The translations under genes and the position numbers were made by a program. The notes below the pieces were generated by a model. That model was given only the letters and a program-made list of their open reading frames with translations, was not told the origin of the DNA and made no database searches. A stretch of DNA of 64,000 bases from Thalia democratica (taxonomy: Eukaryota): contig OZ241834.1 of assembly GCA_965202585.1 (NCBI GenBank), positions 32,426,001 through 32,490,000 on the forward strand. The letters run 5' to 3'. Position 1 is the stretch's first letter; each line of letters starts with the position of its first letter. Below, one piece after another: positions 46,891-59,265 of the stretch.

Positions 46891-48172
46891 AGCTAATACC
46901 AACACCTTCAGTTCATACCTGTAATCAGGCTTTTTTATAATTACTTAATGCAATCTTAAGTATTAATCTTTTTTTTATTTAAGCTTTAATATGTTAACCC
47001 TCTTACCATTGAATTGACATTGATATATATTAATAGTTTTGATTTTAGTTTTTAAATAATACATTTTTATGAATATTCAACTTAAAAATAAAAAGATCAT
47101 GTTGGTTGTTTATAGCTATCAAAAAGTTTAAGTATAATAAAAACAATACCCCATTTTATTAGAGTTACAAATATTAGCCTTTTTTATTGTGATGAACTGC
47201 ATAACGGTTTATATAAATGAAGTTTGCCAAATATTTGAACACTTTTATTAATAAACTTTAAATTAATCTTGAATATAATTACAATCTAGTAGTTATAAGA
47301 AAAGTTGTGGATGTTATATATCAAGCTGCTAAAAGTCTTAACTGATTATTTTCTTATGTGTGCTATTTTAATCAGAGCTGTTTCAAGCACTAAACCTCTG
47401 AACCTAGAGCTTTAAAAAATTATTTTATCAGCATAATTTAAAATTGTACAAAAATATTGTATTCATGACTTTGTATTAAAGAAAATTGTAACCAGTTTAT
47501 ACACTTATGTTTTACACTATTAGTTTTTATCGTTTAAGTTTAGAACTAATTTGCAAAAATTTAATGCTAAAACTTCTACAATTTACAGAAAGCTTTTTTA
47601 TCAAAGTTTTGTTTATTCTTTGATATTTTTTTTCTTTATCTAAATAGGCCAGACCTATTCAGTATTACTTAACAATAAAGTAAAAACATTTACAACAAGT
47701 TTATTAGCAATAAAATCAACTACTTCTAATAATTTCATGGTTATTTAAAAATAATAATCTAGAAACAGTCGTAAGTTATAAAACATTTTTTGCTTATATT
47801 TTATAAAAGTTTACAATAAACGTCCTATAATCTTTTTCAATCAATATTATTTTAAAAGGTCGGGTTTTGCAGTAAATAATAGTTCATTAATGTTGTCAAT
47901 TGTGTTAGTTTAGCGAAAGAAATTTTTAAAGTAAGTATAAAAATTTAAATTTTTTTAAAGTTTTTTGTTTAAATCTAAAAATCAACAAATTATATAGAGT
48001 TTTGTAACTGAAAATACCTTTTTTTGTAAATACACAGTTTGAAAAATACTTGTCAAAAACTTTGCACACGTTTTTTAGTAGCTTCTGTTAGTCTCTAAGC
48101 AATAAAACTCACTAGTAACTGTAAAAACCATTGTAAAATAAAAACACAATTAATCTGCAAACAAAAAAAGCA

Positions 48173-51100
48173 TTATATAAACATTGAAGACTCATTTTTG
48201 TCCGCTTTCTCAGGTTGATTTTTGAACAGCTGCTTGATAAGGATTATCTTCTCATCGTTGAGTGCTTTCAATTTTATTGACTTTTCGCTTAAAATCTGAA
48301 ACAAAACGATAAAGAACAAGCTATTAGCATTTTTCATATTTAAAAAAGAGGTTTCTTAGAAAACAAGTACTAGAGAAATTTTTAATATGATTTATTTTTA
48401 GTTATTAATTAAACTACTTCTTTTAGTTGTTTGTTCTGCTCCCTTAGAATCTTCTCTTTATTTGTGTAACCTGCGTTTCTATCGACACAAAATTCTTCCT
48501 GCGTAAAAACATAAAGTTATCAAAAGCCAAAACCGATATTAAAAGATTGAACAAAAAATTAAATAAAAGTTTGTTGATAAAAAACTATTGGGTCAAAATT
48601 AATTATGATTTAAAAGAGTAACGCTGAGACGAACTCTAACACAGCATTATGCTTGTTTACAACTTGAAGTATATATATATTTTTTTTTACTTTTTTGTTT
48701 TTAATATTACATAAGATTATTTAAACGAACGTTTGCGTTAGGGTACAGAAGGGCTCTCGAAACGTTCGTCATTTCGCAGGTCGTTCTCCTCAGCGCTTCG
48801 ATTTGTTCCTGCGAAGCGTGAACCACGCTATCATCCTTGTTATTCAAGTTATCCGTCAGATGACGCACTTGAGCGTCAACTTGCTTCTGCCTCCTCTTCA
48901 GCCGATCAACCGCTTCCCTCATTTCCTCCATGGCCTCCTCCAACGTTTGAGACTCCTCCTGCAGCTTGCGAGCTTCTGCTAGCTGTAGGAGTTTAACAAT
49001 TATGTTAATAAATTATTTTTTTTATAACTAGTTGTGTTTTATTTAGTTTCAAGCAACCGTAAAAGTTTGCTAACGAACGCTTTCATAAACATGCGCGAGT
49101 CAAACAGATTTTAGTAAACTTTAAAATTTTACCTTTAATTTTATTTTTAGCTCAAGCCAACAAAAGTTTAGCTGTTGTACTTTTGAAAGTTAAGTTTTCA
49201 AGTAGTGTTACGGTGAAGTTTTGAAGGAAATGAATCACATGCTCTTATTAATTTTTATGCTTATTAAAGATTTTTACAAAATTATATGTATTGATTATTT
49301 TAACTATGTCTGAAACTATAAAAACTTTGTTAAGTCACAGGTTTTGAAGCATTATATAAAAAACTATTAATACAACATTATAAACATTTTTTTAAATAAG
49401 TTACTTTTAAAAACTACTAAAAATTTAACGCTAAACTCATGCTATAACTCAGTTAAGCAACTTGTTTCTGAATTTTAGAAACTTAGAAACTGTTTTAAAC
49501 AAAAAAATATATTTTTGAAATAAAGAAATAAACATTAAACATCAACCAAAACGTTAATATTGTAGAACCAAAACTATATATATTTTTTTTTAATAAAAAA
49601 ACAAACTTTTTCAACATCTATGTTGTGCGACAACGTGTGTCTCCTCGGGTTGTTCCTCGATCTTTCGTTTTTGCTCCTCTTCTGCACCACAACCGAATCC
49701 CTCTTGCAATCGCTCTCGCTGGTCGTACCTGCAAGTTCGAACGTTTCGAATGTCGAACACGAAAATGAACTAAAACACGAGATTTTCTGCCGCGGATCGA
49801 TATTAAAGCGAGCTGATGCACCTACGCGCTTTTAACGCTTTCAAAATGTGCATGTTCCGAATTAATGCAGCGGGTTTTGGTTGTAGAAAGATGTAGTGTG
49901 AAATTAGCGAACACGAAATTTTGCAGATTTAAACTAAAAAAACATTTTGATTTTTGTTGTTTAAAAAGGTTTGATTTTTAACGGACATGTTTTGTTACGG
50001 TTTACAAAATAAAATTTCAGTAAAATGTTTTGTTTTTTTATTTAATTACCTTTATCGCTGGCATCGTAAGGGTCAACACTCTGAGGTCTCCATCTTCTAT
50101 CTATAGTTTCACATCTTCTATTTCTAAAAAAAACTTTTAAACTTAGTCATTAATTACCTTAGTTATCTTTAAAAGATTTTTTTATTACCAGTTTTGAATG
50201 AATAAACGGTGTACTTTATTGGTTAAGCTTGTAAAAAAACTTTTTTTTTAATGATTACAAACTAACTAAATTTTACTAGTAAATACGTTATCTCAAAACA
50301 TCGTTTGACTAAAATTCATAATCAATTAATTTAAAAGAAAGAACAATACCTAACTAATCGGCATAAAAATATATTTAAAATAACTTCAAAAACAATACAT
50401 TAAAACGAGCATAAAACTTACATAAATAACGATCTTTAAAAAGTCACTAATAGACGTTATGTCGATATATAAACAGGTAGAAATTGACACTCATCAAGTT
50501 GGTTGCTGTTATGTAACGTGTTTACATAAGTGTGGTAAAAGTGGCTTATTACAACTTTAGATTACTTTCTTAAAAGCCCTACACTTTTTTTACAAACGTA
50601 AAGCTTCAAATCTTGTCAAAGTTTTTGATTCTGACTGTGGTTACTAATGTTTTTGGTGAATGATACTTGGAGGCTTGTTCTTGGAATCATACTACAAAAA
50701 TAACTCTTTTTTGGCAAAGAATAAGTAAAAAACAGCCTTTGACATCGTTAAAGGTTTTACATAACAAGTTAGTAATCGATATTCAATTCACTGCTTTAGC
50801 TTAGCTTCACAATATGGATAGATTTGTTTTACAAACTGTCTCTAGATAGAGATAACTTATGTAACTTTTTAATCACAAGCTGTTACATTATAATTGATCT
50901 AATCAATCTTAAGTTGCTAAGTCAGAGAAGACAAAAAAGTTGTTTTTCTTTTTACAAATGAACTATCCAAACTAATGAATAACTAAAAATATTGATTTAC
51001 TAAAAGTTTAACAGTTTTGTACTATAAAAACTTTATTGTGTGAAAAACTAGGAAGGTTTAAAAGGCACATCTTATTAGTTGTAAATAAAATTAAAAACAA

Positions 51101-52055
51101 AACTGTTTCTGTGTACCTGTTTAATTTGTTCAAAGTTCAAGTATTTGATAAAACTATAGATTAAAATTGCCTTCTGAAGTTTAAATATGCTTCTGTAAAC
51201 ATAACTTTCTGCCAATTAATCTATCTTTGAAAATCTGAGGTAAAACTCTGCACAAATTTTGGTAAATTTATTATTTTTTAATACACATTTTTTATTAACT
51301 TAAGTAAATTTTTTTTAACTTTAGCTAACTATTACAATAGCTGATGTTTTTTAATTGCTGGCAAATTGGAGATTGTGAAAAATTATACTGTACTCTTGGT
51401 ACATGAAGTAGTTCAAAACTGTGTTTTGTTTATGTTGCAAACTTCGACACTTTTAGATTACTCTAAGCAACAAAAAACAAGAAAAGCTTGTAAAAAGTTT
51501 CTTAATCAAAAAAATGTTTGTTTGACAAGTGTTTAAACTTTAGAGTTTTTAAGTAATTTTTTTAATATACCCTTCTTAAACATATTAATTACCAAGAAAA
51601 AGTTAGTTTTTATCTCTTTGATGTATTTAAGTGCAATTATATTTCAATTTTTTATAGACAATATTGTTAATATGATATAGTATTGTTTTTTAGTCTAAAA
51701 GATCAAAAGCTAAGGTTTTCATTCATTAAAAGTATTTAAAAAAAAACTGAATTATTCCTTTAATTTAGTAAAAACAAACATATTCTTACTTTTTGTATAT
51801 ATCGTTGGTTGAGGATGCGAGATCGGATTTCTGCCTCCTCAATCTCACACTGCAATGTTCCTGCGAAGAGTCCGATTCCTCCTGCGAAAACGTCTTCCTC
51901 TCGTAAGTCTTGTTTCTCCTGTGAAGAGTTTCGCTCCTGGGAGCTGTCACCCCGATGTAAGTGTTTCCGTCCAGCGAGATCGGTTTCGTCACCGGAGATC
52001 CGACTTCCACAAACAACCTTTTAGAAAGTGAATAACAAAGTATTAGATAATTATA

Positions 52056-52094
<39 letters not shown>

Positions 52095-54307
52095 ATTGAA
52101 AAATAAGTATTTTTAAGTATAAGTTACAAATTGAAAAATAAGTGTTTTTGTATTGAGTTTCGAATTTCTAGCACTTTAGTTTGAACACACAATCTGGTTT
52201 ATAATCATATTTTATTCAAAGTTTTTTAAGCATTTTTCAGCTTTAATAAAAAATTTTGTACCATAGCAGTGTAGTTTGTAGCAAAATCTTGACTAGTTTT
52301 ATAATTTTATTTATAATTTTTATAAAATTTGTAAAACATATATTTTTATAATAACCTGTTCGACTCCTTCCTCCCGAACGTTTTGAACGTCGAAGGGTAA
52401 TCCCCAGAATTGGGGTTGGTCGCGGAGAATATCTCAGAGTTGTCTGCCGATGATGACGTCATGGGGGGAGGGGTGATGCTGCCCCTGCCGCTGCTACTTC
52501 CGCTCGAGGGGGTTTTTTCTTGATAAGTTTCTTTCGAGGGGGATTTCTCTTCTTGATTTTTCTGCCGGTCGCCTTTCCTGGAAGTGGCTCGTTTAAGAGT
52601 GGCTATTATCTGTGTGAAAGTTACTTGTTTTAAAAATAAAAAAACTTATGCGTGTAACTTTGATCTAGGCTTTGCTAACACTTTTTGTTTAGTTTAATTA
52701 AAGTATTCGTTGTTTGTACTATTTAAATTTAGTTAGAAGCTTTAGTTGATTAGAATTTACTGGGAAAAAACAACTTTATTCATGGTCACAATATTGTCTC
52801 TTTTTATTTTGAAACTGACATTAACTTGCTTCGTATTGTTAATTGAAAGTATTTTAACTTATAACAAAGTAAACAACATACTCTCGACGTGATCTCGGAC
52901 CCGCTCTTGGTCCGTCTCCTTCTCAGTTTGGGGACTTTTATCTCCTCATTCTCTCTTTTCTCCCTACTGAGCTTCTGCAACATGAGGTCGTTCTCCTGCT
53001 TCAACCGGTTCAGGTTCATAGCTCTCTCGTTGCTGACAGGAGAAACTTTCAGCGAAGATTTCGATTGTTGACGGTTGTATGTGCGTTGGTCGTCTGTTGA
53101 AAATAACTTGTCAAATAAAAGATTTTAGAATTTGCTTAAGGTGACTAAGAATCTTTAATTTTTTAAACCAATTACTATTAGTTTCACTGGTATTCAATAG
53201 AAGCTTATATCTTATCAAACATCGTAAGTATGCGTTATGGATGTTTTAAAATAAAACTAAGACTGAAATTAAACCTGTGCAACTAATTTGACAGCTCATA
53301 AATTTAAAAACACTTTAAAACTACAAGAAACTAAGCCAAGTTAGTTTTAATCTAAACTTTACAGTTATTGTAAACAAAAACTCGACTTACCAAAGTAGTT
53401 GACGCCTTTGCTCCTTACATCTAGCACGTCGTGACTTCCACCTCTCTGATAACTCCTGGTAACTTCTCCATAGTTTTTAGCAATTTTATGCTGATAGTTC
53501 CTGGCGGTTTCTCCATACTTGTTTGTAAAATCTCCGTAGCCCCTGGTGAGTTCCCGCTTCTTCAGTTCAATCATTGCGATCCTCTCCTCGTTTCTCCTCC
53601 TTTTCACTCTCGACAGCGCCACCCTCAGACTCCAGTCAAACACCTGGTCAGATTAATTATTTGTTTAAGATTTTTTTGTTATTCTAAATGACAATTGAGT
53701 GGTTTATAGCATTAAGTTTAAAACTGATGTGCAATTTATAATGGGCATTAATTTTTGGGTAGCTTCAAATTTCCACTAATGTTTTTGAATTGCTTGAAAA
53801 TCATGCAAATAATTAATTTTTCTTCTTTCATCTGGAGTGAAAATATTTTGGAAAATTTTAGAGCCACTTATACATACATAAGGATAAAATTATGAATTTT
53901 CTAATGGTTTTTTGACCAATAAAATAGAAAATGTTCAAGTATCTTAGTCATTAAATGCAAACATTGTAATAATGTATAACTTTTTATTGCTGCAGTAAAA
54001 AAATATTTATCTCCAAAATATCTTAAGCAACTTATTTAATTATTTTTTACCAAGAGATTATACAAAAAACTTTTAATTTAAAAATTAAGTTTATAGAGCT
54101 AACCTCAAAAGTGATCATGCGGTCAGGGGGTGAGAGTTCCTTCAAACACTCGAGAACTCCTGGCAGGTTGGGAACCGATTCGTTCCTCCACTTTTCCTGA
54201 ATCTTTCTCAGCGGCACCGCTCCAGTTTGATATTCGTCGAGCAAGTCGAACAAGAGCTTGGAGGAGGGAACGCTGAAGTTCGGTTCCTGGTTGTCGAAGG
54301 TCGTCAT
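48173..54307 (-). CDS. SAPCD2: Suppressor APC domain-containing protein 2 homologue, ~631 aa; join(complement 54104-54307, 53391-53643, 52882-53093, 52356-52609, 51790-52017, 50050-50123, 49607-49821, 48731-48982, 48418-48498, 48173-48295)
   Basis: N-terminus LLFDLLDEYQTGAVPLRKIQEKW..LPGVLECLKELSPPDRMITFEVFDWSLRVAL, middle PRRHTL, and C-terminus LREQNKQLKEILSEKS..LNDEKIILIKQLF..SMFI* match SAPCD2 motifs as recalled (LFDILDD..GVLEGLRQVAP..LTFERF; RRHT; LKEQNRLL..EKSALIKQLF..STFI). GT..AG phases are consistent (1896 nt). The exon 8 donor has alternatives. Confidence 0.9.
52063..52091. repeat. (AT)n microsatellite in SAPCD2 intron 4
   Basis: About 14 AT units read directly. Confidence 0.9.
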
Positions 54308-57300
54308 TTTTAGTAAGTTATAATTTCTGCAGATTTTATATAGAAATTTAGAAAAAATCCTAAGAAAGTTTGAAAAACCTACAAACTTATTGCATATGGA
54401 AATTTAAATATTTTAATCTGGCAATTAAATATAACTTTTATTATAATCCATTAATGTTTACGGGTCAAGTAAGAATGATCCTAGGCTTATTGTTTTGACT
54501 TTATCAATTTGTAATAACATATTTTAATTGGTTTAGTCTGGAGTCGTTTTTACTGAATAATTTTTTATGGTGTCGTTGTTTTACTTTATCAAATTATTAA
54601 AATCGATTTGTTGTTTGACTCAGACTTTAAGTTTTTTAAACCTTTTTAACCTCGGCTATTATGACGTAAGATCATACCATGAACTTGTCAATAATGATTC
54701 CTAACAATCTCATTTATTCTCAAAACAAGTAACTCATGCAGATACAGGAAAAAAAATTTACAAATTTTGTTTAAATGTTCCTTTATTAGCTGGTTCAATA
54801 GAGAGTGTAGTTTTGTTCTTTACAAAGGAACGAACTTTAAAATCTGAAATTATCTGTGAAAGATGTGAATAAAAGTGTGTTGAAAGAAGTGCATAGAAAA
54901 ATTTAACTTTTATAGGTTCTCAATTTTTAACGTTTAACAATCTGTAAAACGTCATTAAAGCCTAAAACATAGAACTCAGTTTTTTTTTCAGTAGTTTAGG
55001 TTCGAAATTGTAAAATTCTACACTATATCATTGCATCAATTGTTTTATAGTTTTAGACCACTACTATTCAATACTTATACAAACTATAAACTAGTTTTTA
55101 GTACACTACACTTTTTTAAAGCTTGATATTTACTTTAATTTCAAACCAACTTTTTTCTAATGTCAGTCATTTCTTTAAGATTATTTTAAAAACTCTGCAA
55201 GCAGCTAAACCAAATTTTAAAAAGTTTCAAACAAAAACTTGTTCAAAAATAAAAACAAGCAAAATAATTTCTCTACTCAAATCAATAGACACGTTACTCC
55301 CTATACGCCAAAATAATTGAGCGGAAATTTTTGTCAGAACAAACACTTGATTTCACTCTGTCAACATTTAAAACAAATTTTATCACAGCGGGAATCAATT
55401 ATCTGGTTATCGAACACTTGAAAGTTCCATAAAACAAATGAGCAATGTTGCTGAGTGTTTGGAAATTCGTTTTTGTGAGTGAAAAGATATGAATATTTTT
55501 GAATCTTTAACATTAAAAAAAACTAGTTGTTTCAAAAAAAGAAAAGTTGTTTGATACGAATACTGTATATTAAAATACGAGAAAAACTTTTATTGTGTGT
55601 ATTTAAACTGGTTTTAAAGTTTTTACTGTTTAAAATAAATTTTACAAAAACTTACTGCTTTTTACAACCTTTTAAAAAAGTAAAAATAAAGCTTTTCAAA
55701 TGAATCTCATAAATTAAGGCAATCACAATGTATACTGTAAAATAAAATATTTTTTTCATTGAAATAAATCAGTGAAAACTGCTGTACTCAAACATCAAAA
55801 TAATAAACTAAGTTATAAAATTCAACAAATTAAACTTAAAGTCAAAACAAAAGTTTCAGACAAACCAAATAAAATCAATTATGTGTAAGTGACTGCAGTT
55901 TAAGTCTCATTTAATTTGATTGATATGTTTAAAAACTATTTTTAATTTAATGGCCTCTTAAAGATTTCGTTGTCCATTAGTGTGTTCAAACTTTCAAAAA
56001 AATTTTGAACTTTTTATAAACGTTTTTTATAGTTTCAAACTTGTAAAAAACTTTTGGTATATACAAACACAACAACTTTGTTGTTAGTGTTTGTTATTTG
56101 TTGGTAATTGTAACATTTAAGTTTAATATGGTAAAGTTTACTAAAAAATCTGAGTTATTTTACCATATCAATTTAAAATATATTGTTTTTCAACCTTTAA
56201 ATCTCACGAATAAATAAGCTAGTCGTTGAAACTAACTAAGAACAGTAACTTTTATTTAAAACTAATATAGCCTTTAAAACTTTGAGCTGTCAAACTTTTT
56301 TCATAAACAAAGTTAACAGTTTAGGTTCACAAAGTTTGTGAATCACTTTTTGCAAAATTTTGCTTATGTAAACTATAAAGTTTGCCAAAAAATAAAGATC
56401 ACTAATTACTCACAGACAGATTGCAATGCGTAGTTTCATGCTAGATTAAGTAATAAAATCAATACAACTCCATTATTTTTTATAAAACCTGTGTTTATCT
56501 CTAAAATCATGATAAACTTGATGGAATGTTTTCAAAGTTATTGCAGATAAAAAGTATTTAAAAAATTTTTTTCGTTTTATCATCTTGAAAAAAACGTTTA
56601 TGTTTTATCTAATGAATTACTCTTCAGCTATATTTTTTGACCATTGTATCATAAAGTAATTTTTAACAGTATTGACCTTGCTTAATCGGAAATAAAAGGA
56701 GAAATTGAAATTATTTGAAATCTTGTTTACGTTTAATGGTTAGCGTCTGATAACATATCGCGCAAGAAATATAAAGCTACACGGTCGATTAACTTTGGGT
56801 AATAAATGAAAGTTTACTTGCAAAAAAGCTTTTACAAAGCCGGGTTAAAACGTAAATACAGTTTTTTTTCAAGTATTAGCACATTCGTTGTTAATTTTTA
56901 GACTTAGCATGCTTCGAGTTTAAAACTTATTTACAAGAATACATTTGAAAAAGTTTTTCCCTTCAGCTATTTGTGTATTAAAGATTAAGTGTTGAAATAA
57001 ATTTTTGCTAATTTAATTGTAACAATTCGACAAGTATGTTAACACTATAAATTTAAGTGTCAAATTTGTACAGTTATATAATATAAAAACTTTTTTTTTT
57101 ATCTTCTAAAAATTTTAAATTAAGTAAATTTGTCTAATATTTAAAAAACATTTGTCTGGCTAACTTATTTTAAAATGTCATCAAGATTTAAGACTTCTTG
57201 TTTATTGAACAAACATTAAAACCTGATCTAATATAATGCGTATGGCATGCATAATTTATTAACTCTGTTAAAATTTAAACTGCATATTTTATTTAAACTT

Positions 57301-58254
57301 ATATGCAAACATTAATTGCCATGATTTTTGACTTGTTTTAATAGCTTATTGGTATAATAAAAAAATCATAACCTTTTATCTTAATGTATAGAGAAGTAAT
57401 AAAAGTCTGTTTTATAAAACTTTAGTTGTATAATTTTGTCTTTTTTTTCCTAAATATATTTCTTCACAAGTAACAAAACTTTTTAAATTATTCAAACTAG
57501 CAAAGCTTAAAATATTTTTTTTTTAACTAACAAAAAAAACGTTTGCAAAAATAACATTCTGAATTAAATTTTTATCAGAAATATAAGTTTTAAGTTTAAA
57601 TTTCAAAAAACTGAACTAAAAGTTTTCTTATAAAAACAAGCTTCTGAAACAAAAAAAACTTTGACAAGAAATTTTCAATGCAATTCGAAACGTCTATTAA
57701 AATCGATTTTCAAATTTCTTCTGCCGACTTCAAGTTCAAATGTTTTTATCGAACTTACTGCCGAAAGTCATTGCGCCCCAAGGTAAAGCCGTCAATAACA
57801 TAAACAATGCACCTCTCTGAGTAAAAAGAATAAACTGTTCGCGCTGCTAAAACTTTACCATTTCAAAATGCAAGCGAACTCTGCATGCTACAATCAGCTG
57901 AGATTGTAAACACAAACTAAACCTTCATCATCGTTTGTTTTCAGCTTTTATCGCTCGTTAGACTAATTATCCCTGCAAAAAAAAAGCTGGATGAAACAAG
58001 CGCTCTCATGTTAAAGCGCACACTGAGATTACGCTTTCTAATGTTTCTCAGCTCAAGCGTGCAAACGTTAGAAAGGACGAGAAAAAAGAGTCTAAACAAG
58101 AGCACCAAATAACGCGTAAGAAGCTTGCTCTCACGAACTCTCTACCATGTTTTCAAAGAGCGGACTTCTTCTTTCTCTCACGCTGCAAATCTTCCCCCTT
58201 TCATGTTTGCCTTCACCGCTTCCCCTCTGCGATGTGAGTTAAAGGATGATTAAG

Positions 58255-58330
58255 GATTGTGACGTCACATATAAAGATTCTCTGCTGGCGGAAGTTGACG
58301 ATTTGCCGAAGCTCGAGCGTAATTGGCGCG
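58255..58330 (+). promoter_or_regulatory. Candidate promoter: CRE palindrome immediately followed by a TATA-like box
   Basis: gTGACGTCAcaTATAAAGattctctgctggcggaag within a GC-richer island (57700-58340); no downstream gene identified. Confidence 0.3.
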
Positions 58331-59265
58331 TAATTTTGAAAAACAATATTGGCTCTTTTGTGGTTTGTAAAGCAGTTTAAATTTGTTATGTTTTAATTTT
58401 TTTTTTTTAAGTTTTTAGTGTTTTAAACCATCGGCTAGCTTAGTTTTTAAAAAAAGGTTGTATATGCCTGGCGCGATTTTTAATGATTATAAAAGCTACC
58501 TCAGCCGCGTATTTTATCTTTTTTAAGAGCTTGTTATACTTGATGTTTTTGTGTTGTTCAAGTTTTAGGTTGTGATTATGTTTGAATTTGAACTGTTTAG
58601 TGTTTTTAAAAAGAATCGACTGTTATATGGTTCATTAAGAAGTCTATTTTTATTCTATTGCAACAAACAAGTGGTTTTTCCAACTTGGATAAACACTAAA
58701 CTTTTAAAAACAAGATAAATTTTACCTGAAGCTTGAATATACTTGGCGCGCTCTACTTTTAATGCATTTAAAATTGTGTTAACTGCGTATTTTTACCATT
58801 TTTAGAGCTTATTAAACTGTTTTTTTTTTTGCTGCTGTTGCTTAATTTTTTATGCGAAATAAGTAATAATGATTTGATCTTAAAATAAAACATAATAAGT
58901 AAGAAAATAATAATTAGTTTTGATAGATGAAAATGTTAAACTTAAAATTAACATTATTATTTGATTTTTTTAAGGAAAAAACTACTAATACTTTGTATAC
59001 TTAATTAGTGTTTGACAAACCAAATTAATTTTTTTAAAAACACTATTTTAAACTTTTTTTGTCATTTTTATCGCGTTATGATTTCAAACTTTATCTTTAA
59101 AAAGTCATTAAAACATTAATTTGTATACCAATAAAAATTTCTAACTCTAAAACCTACAAGCAAAATACTGAAATCCAAAATGTTTGTTTCAACAAAAAAA
59201 AATAGACAGGCTGTTGTTACAAAACTCTAACTACCAACTAAATTTAAAGCAACAAAAAACAGATA

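Larger units (their letters stand above)
39650..48110. repeat. Tandem segmental triplication carrying the orphan gene family
   Basis: Flank similarities: 40250-40665 with 43730-44143; 40981-41470 with 44447-44912; 42938-43150 with 44926-45135; 41390-42260 with 47170-48110. Outer limits are approximate. Confidence 0.85.
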
